DNA from: a virus
Taxonomy: Duplodnaviria > Caudoviricetes
IMG/VR virus record: IMGVR_UViG_3300042401_000753
Coordinates: 1-59,381 of that record
Reading direction: 5' to 3' (one strand)
DNA: 59,381 bases
The stretch's first letter is position 1; every line of letters starts with the position of its first letter. This document shows positions 1-10,072 of the stretch, in pieces. The notes beneath the pieces are model-generated. The model was not told the DNA's origin and made no database searches. It saw only the letters and a list, made by a program, of their open reading frames with translations. A program made the translations under genes and the position numbers.

Positions 1-127
1 GACTGATGCTTTAGTTCGTATGGGTCAAACAGAACAGCATCCTCAAGGTCAATGTTCTGAACACGGCGGATAAACCGCATAGCATAAGAAGAGTCAAGAG
101 ATACAGTAAGTGTTACATTCCTGTATG
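1..127. repeat. 127-bp terminal overlap, identical to 59255..59381 (circular assembly overlap)
   Basis: Exact match of the first and last 127 bases; an ORF reads through the join; 127 is a common assembler k-mer length. Confidence 0.95.
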
Positions 128-389
128 GATCATTCTTCTTAGCTGACTTGTCTTCAAGCTCAATAACAAGCTTGTCGCCCCATTCTTCATTCTCGTCTAC
201 AAACACAGCGGTAATGTGACCTTCGTATCCTGGGAAGTGTTGCTCCCAGATAATGTCACCTTTGTTCTTACCCTTGGTCAACTCTCGTGAGATAGCATTC
301 TCTGCACCCTCTTCGCAGCGAGTAACAAGTTTGCCATGTGAAGGGCTAAGGAATACTTTGTTCCCGCCTCGGTTTTGTTTGAATCCCAT
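1..389 (-). CDS. 5' part of a putative single-stranded DNA-binding protein (about 240 aa) that continues across the circular join into 58921..59381
   Basis: ATG at 389 opens MGFKQNRGGNKVFLSPSHGK...YAMRFIRRVQ, in frame with ORF 58921..59334; acidic tail ending DDDEVDF; next to primase-helicase. Confidence 0.65.
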   Translation of the reverse strand, partial: MGFKQNRGGNKVFLSPSHGKLVTRCEEGAENAISRELTKGKNKGDIIWEQHFPGYEGHITAVFVDENEEWGDKLVIELEDKSAKKNDPYRNVTLTVSLDSSYAMRFIRRVQNIDLEDAVLFDPYELKHQ

Positions 390-438
390 TGTATTATTTA
401 GTTGTGTTGTTTTGTTGGTGTGGTCTCAGTTAACTGAG

Positions 439-472
439 AAAAAGCCGGGGGAGATATGTGACCTCCCCCGGC
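439..472 (-). terminator. Rho-independent terminator
   Basis: 10-bp GC stem GCCGGGGGAG/CTCCCCCGGC followed by TTTTT on the minus strand, just downstream of the stop at 493. Confidence 0.85.
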
Positions 473-492
473 GAGTTTTGTGCGGCTAGATA

Positions 493-1962
<1,470 letters not shown>

Positions 1963-2023
1963 TTTGTTTGTTCTGTTGGTTGGGTTTGTTTGGTTTGCCA
2001 TCATTGGCGTAGTGCATACTCGC

Positions 2024-2437
2024 TTACTTCTGCGGGTTTGCAAATTGTTTCTTCAGTTTCTTCAGAAAATTTAAAAGGTAAAGGTATTTGTCTTTTGTCT
2101 TGGTTCTAAGCCTAAACCCTGGTCCGTAGGTCCGGTCTAGGAATATCCTTGTAGTCTGGTATCCTACACCTTCACCGAACTCGCTCTTAATTAGAGCATT
2201 TACTTCTTCTTCTTCAAGGGCAAAGAATTGAATCAGCTTTCCTAAATCCCTTGACAGCTTGATTGTCTCAAGGTCAACATCTATACGATGAGACTTTTGC
2301 CCCGGCTTGGCATCATGCAGTTGACCCTTAACAAAGTGTCTTTGTTTGTTGGGATGTTCTACAAGTATGATCTTCACAAGCCGGGGCAGGTTCTCAGTTA
2401 ACTGACTATTCTTCGTCCTTGAAGTAATGGTCAGCAA
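2024..2437 (-). CDS. hypothetical protein (start uncertain)
   Basis: ORF fills the gap between two co-oriented genes. Confidence 0.55.
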   Translation of the reverse strand: MLTITSRTKNSQLTENLPRLVKIILVEHPNKQRHFVKGQLHDAKPGQKSHRIDVDLETIKLSRDLGKLIQFFALEEEEVNALIKSEFGEGVGYQTTRIFLDRTYGPGFRLRTKTKDKYLYLLNFLKKLKKQFANPQK

Positions 2438-3485
2438 GCTTCAGTGCATTTGCTTCTTCAAACTTCTCAGCGATAGGCTCAAGAACATCTTCAATCTTGT
2501 CAACGTCATAGTCTGGATTAGAATCCCATGCAATAACATCATAGACAATTACTGTAGAGATTGAAGAAGGAGCAATACGCAGGAAGGCACCAATTGCTTT
2601 ATACAGATCAATCGTCTTAGTGCCAGCAGCTTTATCGTTAGCCTTGAGTTTGAAATACCATCTCAAGGCAGGACGACGACGGCTTGAATCAAGCATGATT
2701 ACACCAAGCTTTGCACCCTTGGAATCAACTTGGTCATAGTGACCTTTGCCCTTCTGAGTCTTGATCCAATCACTAACTGGGTCAGCACTTTCCTTTGCTG
2801 GTTCTTCTTCTTGCTTTTCTTCACGCTTTGGATTGTGTGGTTTCTCAATCTCATCAAACTTCTTCTTCTTGGAAGTGTGAGGTTCTTTGTTAAGAACTTG
2901 CTTCTTAGCGTAGACGTTATCCATAATCAAGCCTGTCGTAATTGCAGACAGAGACTCGATAGGAAGATTAACTTTGTCAGAGAAGAACCTCTGAGTCAGT
3001 TGGTATAGATGCCAGCGTTCAGCAAGGAGATTAAGGAAGTAATCATCACTTGGTCCTGATGTAAACTCAGTTAACTGAGGAGGTTCTTCCTCAACAACAC
3101 AGGGAGTTACATTAACTTCTTCTTCAGGATCAAAGCTTCCTTCAGTTACAGTGATAGGCTCAATCAATTTCATTACACACTTCTCAGTAATGTTAACAAC
3201 AACCTTACCTCCTGTGTTACGGAAGATGATACCTACTGGCTTACCATTGACTGGCTTGCCTGCCATAAACTCAATCTCCTTACCTTCATCTTCATTAAGA
3301 TCAAGGAAATGATTGTCGCACTTGAGGCGAAGCTTGAGTTCATCCTCTCCTTGAGCAATCATAATAATTTGATAGCATCCTCCATCCGTTTCAACTACTG
3401 GCTTAATGCTAGTAATTGTGCTGCGGGTAATAGAGCCAATAGGAAAGCCGTCAGTCTCCAGTTCTTTGATTTCTTTAATGTCCAT
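2406..3485 (-). CDS. hypothetical protein, 359 aa
   Basis: Long ORF tightly packed after the nuclease gene; no motif recognised. Confidence 0.8.
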   Translation of the reverse strand: MDIKEIKELETDGFPIGSITRSTITSIKPVVETDGGCYQIIMIAQGEDELKLRLKCDNHFLDLNEDEGKEIEFMAGKPVNGKPVGIIFRNTGGKVVVNITEKCVMKLIEPITVTEGSFDPEEEVNVTPCVVEEEPPQLTEFTSGPSDDYFLNLLAERWHLYQLTQRFFSDKVNLPIESLSAITTGLIMDNVYAKKQVLNKEPHTSKKKKFDEIEKPHNPKREEKQEEEPAKESADPVSDWIKTQKGKGHYDQVDSKGAKLGVIMLDSSRRRPALRWYFKLKANDKAAGTKTIDLYKAIGAFLRIAPSSISTVIVYDVIAWDSNPDYDVDKIEDVLEPIAEKFEEANALKLADHYFKDEE

Positions 3486-3486
3486 G

Positions 3487-4461
3487 TTATTGTTGTTGGT
3501 TTTGTAGTTTGTCTTGTTCGATTAATTCATGCTGGCGTTGATGGCAGAACGAAGCGCCTTTGCAGAAGTTGCAACCCTTAGCCTCACCTTTGTATTCTTT
3601 AATCCAGAAGTCATGCTCTGCCAATCCTTTGCTATCACGATAAGCAATAAGTTCGTCTGCATTATCTCCTTTTACTGAGGCGCGGCTGGAGAAGTCTTGA
3701 ACTTCTCCTTTCTTACCGCCTTTCTTCCTCTCATATCCAGCAAAGAAAGAACCCCTTACCCACCGCTCTTCATCAGTGCAGGGAGTAAGGAGTCTGTCTG
3801 GTTTATCCCTCTCAGTTAACTGAGATTTTACACGGCTCTTGATGTAATCCTCAATCTCCTTCCTGGGCATAATTGGCACATCAACTGTCTTGGCATGAAT
3901 CCTTGGATACTCTGGGTTGTTGAACTTAGTTTTATCCAAGTGAGGGAACAGGTAAATATCTTGAAGACCTCTAACCTTGTATCCCTTTGACTCAAGGATA
4001 TACTTGAGAACATTAAGCTGCAATTCAAAGTGAGTCTTTGGATAGATCATGTTAGAAGCGTTAGTCAGCTTCCAGTCTTGTAGAAAGAATGTCTCACGAT
4101 CATACAAGTCGAACTTACCATGAACACAAACTTGCTTGCCGTCAATGTTAAGCATAACTTCTTCACGGAACTCAGTAAAGTAACGTGGAGACTTAGCTGC
4201 GTATTTCTCAAGAACCCAATGAACAACACTGCCCATCATGCTGTGCCAGCAATCTTTTAGTGGGTCAACGTAAATTTCTTTGTAATGCCTTGATGTAAGG
4301 ATTTGTTTCTGAATTGGTGTATTTAGTGACGTGACCGAAATAGCCATGTCATACTTCTTACCTGTCAGGAACTGTTTAACTTCGTCTCCATACTCCTTGT
4401 CTGAATCAACAAGAGCATCGTATAGAGGTGGTGGTATTGTGTCGTCTTCTACGTAAATCAT
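3487..4461 (-). CDS. PD-(D/E)XK Cas4-like exonuclease
   Basis: HGKFDLY...QDWKLT nuclease core, ELQLNV motif, C-terminal CNFC..SFC cysteines. Confidence 0.8.
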   Translation of the reverse strand: MIYVEDDTIPPPLYDALVDSDKEYGDEVKQFLTGKKYDMAISVTSLNTPIQKQILTSRHYKEIYVDPLKDCWHSMMGSVVHWVLEKYAAKSPRYFTEFREEVMLNIDGKQVCVHGKFDLYDRETFFLQDWKLTNASNMIYPKTHFELQLNVLKYILESKGYKVRGLQDIYLFPHLDKTKFNNPEYPRIHAKTVDVPIMPRKEIEDYIKSRVKSQLTERDKPDRLLTPCTDEERWVRGSFFAGYERKKGGKKGEVQDFSSRASVKGDNADELIAYRDSKGLAEHDFWIKEYKGEAKGCNFCKGASFCHQRQHELIEQDKLQNQQQ

Positions 4462-4496
4462 ATTGTTGGATATGAATTGTATTCTCAGTTAACTGA

Positions 4497-4772
4497 CTAT
4501 TCGTCAGCTAAGAACTTTCCTTTTTCTTTGCTCCAAGCTTCTTCAAACTCAGCAGCAGCAAGGATAGATAGGCTTGATGCAGCAGAGCAAAGGCCCCGCT
4601 TAATAATTACTTGGTCTTCATTAGATGCCGAACGAAGAGCAGGGACAATGTTCTGGTAACCTGCGTTCAGTAAAGAAGGAAGCATTGCCTTGGCGTGTTC
4701 CTTAATCTTAAGGGCGCGGGCTTTCTTGATTTCTTCTGGGGTCTTCTTAACTTTGTTTTCTTGGAGTGCCAT
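4497..4772 (-). CDS. hypothetical protein
   Basis: Co-oriented ORF with ATG after an A/C-rich leader. Confidence 0.7.
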   Translation of the reverse strand: MALQENKVKKTPEEIKKARALKIKEHAKAMLPSLLNAGYQNIVPALRSASNEDQVIIKRGLCSAASSLSILAAAEFEEAWSKEKGKFLADE

Positions 4773-4812
4773 TGTAGTATTTGGTTGGGTTTGGTTGGGA
4801 TGTAATTATACA

Positions 4813-5010
4813 TCAAATTGGTTCAAACATAAAATGAAACCCTTCAGCATCATACACCTCCCAGTGCTTATCAGTATTCAGTTTAACAATCCAGTCTCCT
4901 ACATCAAGGGCGATTTCATCAGTATACTCTTGAAGGTCATTCATGTTTTCTTCCGTTACTTCAACGGCTTGAACTTCAACTGGCTTGCACTTGTATTTCT
5001 GGATGTTCAT
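4813..5010 (-). CDS. small phage protein (KYKCKPVEVQAV...GDWIVK type)
   Basis: Likely start MNIQKY at 5010; resembles a common small phage protein family. Confidence 0.65.
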   Translation of the reverse strand: MNIQKYKCKPVEVQAVEVTEENMNDLQEYTDEIALDVGDWIVKLNTDKHWEVYDAEGFHFMFEPI

Positions 5011-5176
5011 ATGTTTAGGTTGTTTCAGTAAACAATTGCGCCCCAATCCATCACTGGTCGGGGCGCTATATTAATTGAGATAGGTAGGTTTTGATCTCAT
5101 TTGTGTTACTTTTTAAGTTTACCTCAGTTAACTGAGATTGCAAATAAAAAGTAAATATAATTACTATAAGTTAGTA

Positions 5177-5488
5177 TCAATCCCTCATTGGGTTTTTAGG
5201 GCGAGTTGTCTTTTTTCCTTTAAAGATCGTTCCCTTGTCTGAACGGTTCTCGCCAGGATCGCGCAACCTAAGGTTATTTGAACCTGTTGCTGATCCGCCT
5301 TGTGACAATGGTTTCTTGTGGTCAACATCCTTGCCGTTCATCATCTTGTCAGCAACAGCAGCACCATGTTTCTCAGTTAACTGCTTTCTAATCTTACGCC
5401 TAGCTCTATTCCTTGCTGCCCGATTACGCTTACGCTCATCAGACTCAGTCTCAGCCTCACGTTTGTAATCTCTTCCTGTTGTATTCAT
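5177..5488 (-). CDS. HNH endonuclease
   Basis: GKDVDHKKPLSQGG...NNLRL...NRSDK HNH motif after a basic N-terminal helix. Confidence 0.85.
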   Translation of the reverse strand: MNTTGRDYKREAETESDERKRNRAARNRARRKIRKQLTEKHGAAVADKMMNGKDVDHKKPLSQGGSATGSNNLRLRDPGENRSDKGTIFKGKKTTRPKNPMRD

Positions 5489-5492
5489 GTGA

Positions 5493-5672
5493 TTAAATTC
5501 CGTATTTATCAGTGTAGGTTAATTCATCAAGATGATTGCCAACATCCTTACTTTGTTTCCTGCTATCAAAAATACCTTTTGTTGTAAGAAAATCCATAAT
5601 GTCTTCTGGATCAGCATCAAGCTTGTTAGCTAGATCAAAAATAAGCTTTGCTATTGCTTTGTTTTCTTCCAT
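5493..5672 (-). CDS. hypothetical protein, 59 aa (not in ORF track)
   Basis: MEENKAIAKLIFDLANKLDADPEDIMDFL... fills the intergenic gap exactly. Confidence 0.6.
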   Translation of the reverse strand: MEENKAIAKLIFDLANKLDADPEDIMDFLTTKGIFDSRKQSKDVGNHLDELTYTDKYGI

Positions 5673-5676
5673 GATG

Positions 5677-6033
5677 TTATATTAGATAGTTCTGTTCCCT
5701 TGCTTCGATTGGATTGCTGTGGACCCACGTGTGGCATTCCGCACAGAGGTAGAAGTAATTAAGAATGTCAGATCTCCCATTTGGATGATGTCTTTGCAGA
5801 TTCTGTTGAATTTTGCAACGCTTACATGACTGCTCTTTTTTTTTATCTTCTCTAAGTTTAGCTCCATATATAGTTTGTCTTTCTTTTTCTTTAGTTGAGA
5901 CGGGGTTTATCTTCTTTCTTAAAAGGCTGCTTCCTCCTCGTTTGATTGCTGTTCGCTTAAGTCCTTGGCCTTTGTTTTTGATCTCCGTGCGGCGGAGGCC
6001 GCTTCTAGGTTTGCCGTCGTCTTGTCGATGCAT
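5677..6033 (-). CDS. HNH-type zinc-binding nuclease-like protein (start uncertain; overlaps the recA 3' end)
   Basis: CKRC...RHHP...LCAECHTWVH pattern. Confidence 0.65.
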   Translation of the reverse strand: MHRQDDGKPRSGLRRTEIKNKGQGLKRTAIKRGGSSLLRKKINPVSTKEKERQTIYGAKLREDKKKEQSCKRCKIQQNLQRHHPNGRSDILNYFYLCAECHTWVHSNPIEAREQNYLI

Positions 6034-7043
6034 TGCTGATATAGATGTTTAAAGTTTTTCTTTGACTCAAGATTCTCAGTTAACTGAACCCTTGTCATCC
6101 TTTGCTCACCTTCAAGAGTTTGAACAAACCATCCTGACTTAAGGTTCTCTTTCTTATTGGCGGCAGCAGTCTTAAACAAACCAAGCTCATCAGCTTGATC
6201 TATCAACCACTTAACATTGTCATAGCCTTCACCAAAGTAAACATCAATCATCGTTTCCTGAAAGGGTCTACCTACCTGATTCTTAACAGCTTTAAGCCTT
6301 ACTGTTTGACCAATGATATTGTCTGTCTTGTCTTCGATCTTTTCCTTTGCTCTAATATCAACTCGCGCAGCACACGCGAATTTGATAGCTCTTGCTCCAG
6401 CAGTTTTCTCTGTGCTTCCCCATGTTGCACCAACATTGTCCCGTAACTGATTGATGAGGACAACTGTTGGTGAATTTGATTTGATGTTATCATTTAGTTT
6501 CTTAATAGCCTTAGACCATAGTCTTGCGCTGGCACACATTGCAGCGTCAGTAAGTTCACCTTCCAGTTCTTCTTTTGAAACAACAGCAGACACGCTATCA
6601 ATGATAATGATTCCAACATCATCAGCGTCTGCTGCGCGGATCATAAGCTCAAGACCAGACTCACCGGCATTTTTACCGGATGGTTGGAGCATTGATGTTC
6701 TATCAGGATTTAATCCTAAGCTTATTGCGTAAGGAATGTTAAGCTTGTTTTCAAAGTCAATGATAAGAGCTACATTCCTATCTTTGTATCTCTGAACATT
6801 GGCAGCCATTACCATTGCTAGTGTTGTCTTGCCACTACCTTCTGGTCCGTATATCTCAATGATACGTCCTTTAGGTAGTCCACCGTTAGCAGAGTGATTT
6901 GCTAATATCCAATCCATCCCAGAGCATCCCGTCTGCCTGTAGGATAGATCAGAATAGCAATCAATCTCGTTAAGGTTAACGGGTTTAGCGCACTGTTTAT
7001 ATACTTTGCCAAAGACTTCATCAATGATTTGGGATAGGTTCAT
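5919..7043 (-). CDS. recA: RecA recombinase
   Basis: GGLPKGRIIEIYGPEGSGKTT Walker A, IIIDSV Walker B, INQLR, KAVKNQVG. Confidence 0.95.
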   Translation of the reverse strand: MNLSQIIDEVFGKVYKQCAKPVNLNEIDCYSDLSYRQTGCSGMDWILANHSANGGLPKGRIIEIYGPEGSGKTTLAMVMAANVQRYKDRNVALIIDFENKLNIPYAISLGLNPDRTSMLQPSGKNAGESGLELMIRAADADDVGIIIIDSVSAVVSKEELEGELTDAAMCASARLWSKAIKKLNDNIKSNSPTVVLINQLRDNVGATWGSTEKTAGARAIKFACAARVDIRAKEKIEDKTDNIIGQTVRLKAVKNQVGRPFQETMIDVYFGEGYDNVKWLIDQADELGLFKTAAANKKENLKSGWFVQTLEGEQRMTRVQLTENLESKKNFKHLYQQCIDKTTANLEAASAARRSKTKAKDLSEQQSNEEEAAF

Positions 7044-7058
7044 TTTCAGTTAACTGAG

Positions 7059-8789
7059 TTATTGTTGTTCTGCGTAAGTGTCATCAACTTTAGCACAACT
7101 ATCTGAATCTGTAAAGGATTTAAGCTTTGCATGAATCTCCTCGATGTCATTATATTCCTTGCCTTGGAAATACAATTCGTGTTCTGCGCGTGTGATAGCA
7201 ACATAGATAAGATTCTTTTCTTGTTGGTATTGCTCAGGACTAAGCGTAGTCCCAGGAAACTCAAAAGGCATCTTTTCGAAGTCAATGATGAATACCCGTG
7301 GAGCTTCCAGACCTTTGCTACGATGAACAGTTGATAGAGTAACAAACTGCTTGCCGGGTTCTTCCTCAAACATATCTTTGATTCTTACAGCAAGCGCAGA
7401 GTGTGAGACCGTAATCTTTTTCTCCAAAGCCTCACGGCTAATAAAGGAAGCGATAGCAGACATACAATCTTGATCGTCTTGGATAGCAGCAATCTTACTG
7501 GAAGGAAGCTTCTTGATGATTGCTCGTGTCATTTCTTCCTGACAGTGTTCGCCATAGGCACCGATGAAGTGGTCAATAGACATAATCTCTGGGTTGCTTT
7601 TGACAATAGATTCATAGATGTCATTAAGCTTCTTACCAATGTCGCGGCCCTTGACCTTGGCAGGGATGTTACCTTTGATAAGAGAGATACACATAGATAC
7701 AAGCGGAGCAGTAATGCGACATAGGATAAAGTCACCGGGTTTGACTAGAGATTGAATCTCATGCTTCTGAACAACTCCTACAATACCTTCTCCGCATCCT
7801 GGCCTATCCTCGATAGATGGAACGATGTAACGAGCAAGCTCAAGGATGTTGTGGTCACAACGATAGCAAATAGTAAGAGGTAAGCTTGCCGCGTTAGCTA
7901 ACTTTTTGAAGCGTTGCATACCATCTGATAGAGCGCCAGCCCAGCCCATGATAGCTTGATTCTTGTCACCGAAACCATAGAAGACTTTGCCAAACTTCAT
8001 AACAAGTTGTAACTGTGCTTCGTTCAAGTCTTGAGCCTCGTCAACAAGAACCCAGTCATACTGTGGGAAGTCACAGGAATGATATAGAGGACCATAGATC
8101 ATATCGTCCCATCCCATTACACCTTTCTTAAGTGAGGACATACCTATCCTGATTGCTCTGCCTACAAACTTACATAGATAGTCCTCACAGTTTACATCAT
8201 ACTTATCCATCATGTCACGCAATGCTTGCTCGTTATCAATGTCAGTAAGTGTAGACATAGCCATCTTGCAAATGTCAGTTAACTGAGAAGTTGCCTTACG
8301 CAACACTTCCTTGACCTTGGAGGGAAGCTTTCTATCTCTCTCATTAGGAAGAAATACTGCAAGGATGTTATTCTTATCTTCCTCAATAAACTCCTTACAG
8401 ATAAAGAAGTATTTACTTCCCTGAATCTGACCTTTGGCAGTGATGCCATTAAGCTTAAGAACCATAAGCCCGGCGGCACTAGCAGTCTTGACAGTTGTAT
8501 TCTTGATGCCAAGCTCAAGAATCTTAGCTTCCATAGCCATCTGAATTGCTTTAGCAAACTGAATGCTGATAACAGATTCTCCTTTGAACTTGTTAAGCAC
8601 TGATTCAATAAGCAGGCGTGAGGTGGTTGATTTACCACTTCCTGCAAGAGCATCTACTACTAGCGAGACACGCTTACCTTTTCCTTTCCTGACCTCACGC
8701 ATTCTTCCACGCTTAAGGATAGCTGCTTGATAAGATGATAGTTCCATTTTGTTTGATTGTTTAGTTTCTTGTTGGGTCTTGAATGCCAT
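7059..8789 (-). CDS. UvrD/Rep-like superfamily 1 helicase (start at 8789 or 8747)
   Basis: ALAGSGKST, VDEAQD, GDKNQAI, ICYRC, STVHRSKGLE, YVAITRA motifs. Confidence 0.92.
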   Translation of the reverse strand: MAFKTQQETKQSNKMELSSYQAAILKRGRMREVRKGKGKRVSLVVDALAGSGKSTTSRLLIESVLNKFKGESVISIQFAKAIQMAMEAKILELGIKNTTVKTASAAGLMVLKLNGITAKGQIQGSKYFFICKEFIEEDKNNILAVFLPNERDRKLPSKVKEVLRKATSQLTDICKMAMSTLTDIDNEQALRDMMDKYDVNCEDYLCKFVGRAIRIGMSSLKKGVMGWDDMIYGPLYHSCDFPQYDWVLVDEAQDLNEAQLQLVMKFGKVFYGFGDKNQAIMGWAGALSDGMQRFKKLANAASLPLTICYRCDHNILELARYIVPSIEDRPGCGEGIVGVVQKHEIQSLVKPGDFILCRITAPLVSMCISLIKGNIPAKVKGRDIGKKLNDIYESIVKSNPEIMSIDHFIGAYGEHCQEEMTRAIIKKLPSSKIAAIQDDQDCMSAIASFISREALEKKITVSHSALAVRIKDMFEEEPGKQFVTLSTVHRSKGLEAPRVFIIDFEKMPFEFPGTTLSPEQYQQEKNLIYVAITRAEHELYFQGKEYNDIEEIHAKLKSFTDSDSCAKVDDTYAEQQ

Positions 8790-8793
8790 AATG

Positions 8794-8982
8794 TTATTTC
8801 CAGAAGTCTGCTGGTTTAAATTCAGATATTTTGATTGGATTTTCAGCATCTTTAGCTCTTCTTTCTTGAGCGTTAAGATTTGATTCGGCTTGTTTTTCTA
8901 GCCATCCTTTTTGACCTTCAGGTATCCTACGGGTGCCTGCAAGGTATTGACGTTTAGTATTTCCTTTAGATCTTTTTTTCAT
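8794..8982 (-). CDS. small basic protein ending FKPADFWK
   Basis: 62-aa ORF; ATGA overlap with the upstream gene. Confidence 0.65.
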   Translation of the reverse strand: MKKRSKGNTKRQYLAGTRRIPEGQKGWLEKQAESNLNAQERRAKDAENPIKISEFKPADFWK

Positions 8983-9104
8983 TTCCAGAAGCTTGCTGGT
9001 TTAAAGTTACGAACTGATCTGTCTTCTGCAATCTTAGCTGCCTTGTCAGCAGATTTGATTTCATCTTGTATTTGTTTATTTGATTTACCTTTTTTCTTTT
9101 TCAT
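8979..9104 (-). CDS. small basic protein ending FKPASFWK, 41 aa (not in ORF track)
   Basis: MKKKKGKSNKQIQDEIKSADKAAKIAEDRSVRNFKPASFWK; ATGA overlaps at both ends; C-terminus paralogous to its neighbour. Confidence 0.65.
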   Translation of the reverse strand: MKKKKGKSNKQIQDEIKSADKAAKIAEDRSVRNFKPASFWK

Positions 9105-9481
9105 TTAACTGAGATTCTCTCTTCTAGTGATTTAACTTTTGGTTTGTTAAGCTGTTGGTTAACAAAGAACCTGATGTGATGATCTTTGAATTTGTATAGA
9201 TGTAATGTTTGTGCGTTGATGTAGATGTATTCATTTAAGGCGTGGAAATCTTCTTTGTCCAGCGATTCATTGAGCGATTTTGTGTGACACCGTAATGAGT
9301 AACAATTAGAGTAAGCCATATAAACTGGAGCGTAAGACAATTTATACTTACACTCAACAATCTTATACATCTTACCGGCAACAGTCATTACCTTTACATT
9401 TCTTTTGCCAATAAATTCATCACCAGCGGAAAGGATAGAAGCAATGTGGAAGTCATTGCATGGGGAGTATGTGTTGATCAT
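9101..9481 (-). CDS. hypothetical protein
   Basis: Co-oriented ORF with coupled start/stop. Confidence 0.65.
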   Translation of the reverse strand: MINTYSPCNDFHIASILSAGDEFIGKRNVKVMTVAGKMYKIVECKYKLSYAPVYMAYSNCYSLRCHTKSLNESLDKEDFHALNEYIYINAQTLHLYKFKDHHIRFFVNQQLNKPKVKSLEERISVK

Positions 9482-9813
9482 AGGGATTTGCAGATGTATT
9501 GACCAGAGATTGCGTATTTGCCAGATTGGTTTGTAATAGGAGCAAGTGATTCACGATGCATGATAGGAAATGTAAAGTCAATGTAATAATAAGTCTTACA
9601 TAGATAGGTAAGTTCATCCATACATCCAGATGGATTGTCTGCATAGATGGTTAGTCTAGTGTTCTCACTTCCTCTGTTGTTTGTTATTGATACATTAAGC
9701 TTGTATCCTTGTTCTTGCTTGGTTATTTGATAACCAACACAGTATTTTTTCTCAGTTAACTGATGATTGAGGAAGTCTGTTATCTTTTTGATTATGATTT
9801 GTGATTTAGTCAT
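9478..9813 (-). CDS. hypothetical protein
   Basis: Co-oriented ORF with ATGA overlap. Confidence 0.65.
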   Translation of the reverse strand: MTKSQIIIKKITDFLNHQLTEKKYCVGYQITKQEQGYKLNVSITNNRGSENTRLTIYADNPSGCMDELTYLCKTYYYIDFTFPIMHRESLAPITNQSGKYAISGQYICKSL

Positions 9814-10072
9814 TGTAGTTTATGTTAGGATATAATTACTAGAAGAATCTATAATTACCATTGACCCATATAACATCTTTTTAGATGCTTGGCTGTGGTC
9901 ATACCAGAATGGTATCAGGATGGCTTAGAACAGTGTTAGCTTGCTTGAAATGAGGTATAGGGTAGTTGTATCATGATGTAAAGTAATGAATGATGTTGGT
10001 TTATTTGGTAGGAGATTATGGAAATTATAACTTGTCCTAACATATATTGTATGTTAATATCTAAGTGTTGAG

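Noticed and set aside
426-437. Motif explained simply as an HpaI/HincII (GTTAAC) methylation or restriction site
   Set aside because: Conservation extends over 12-16 bp, several variants break the hexamer, no methyltransferase gene was recognised, and phages normally deplete restriction sites; methylation remains testable but does not explain the pattern.
3487-4461. Cas4-like gene as part of a CRISPR-Cas system
   Set aside because: No other cas genes or array; stand-alone Cas4-like nucleases are common in phage recombination modules.
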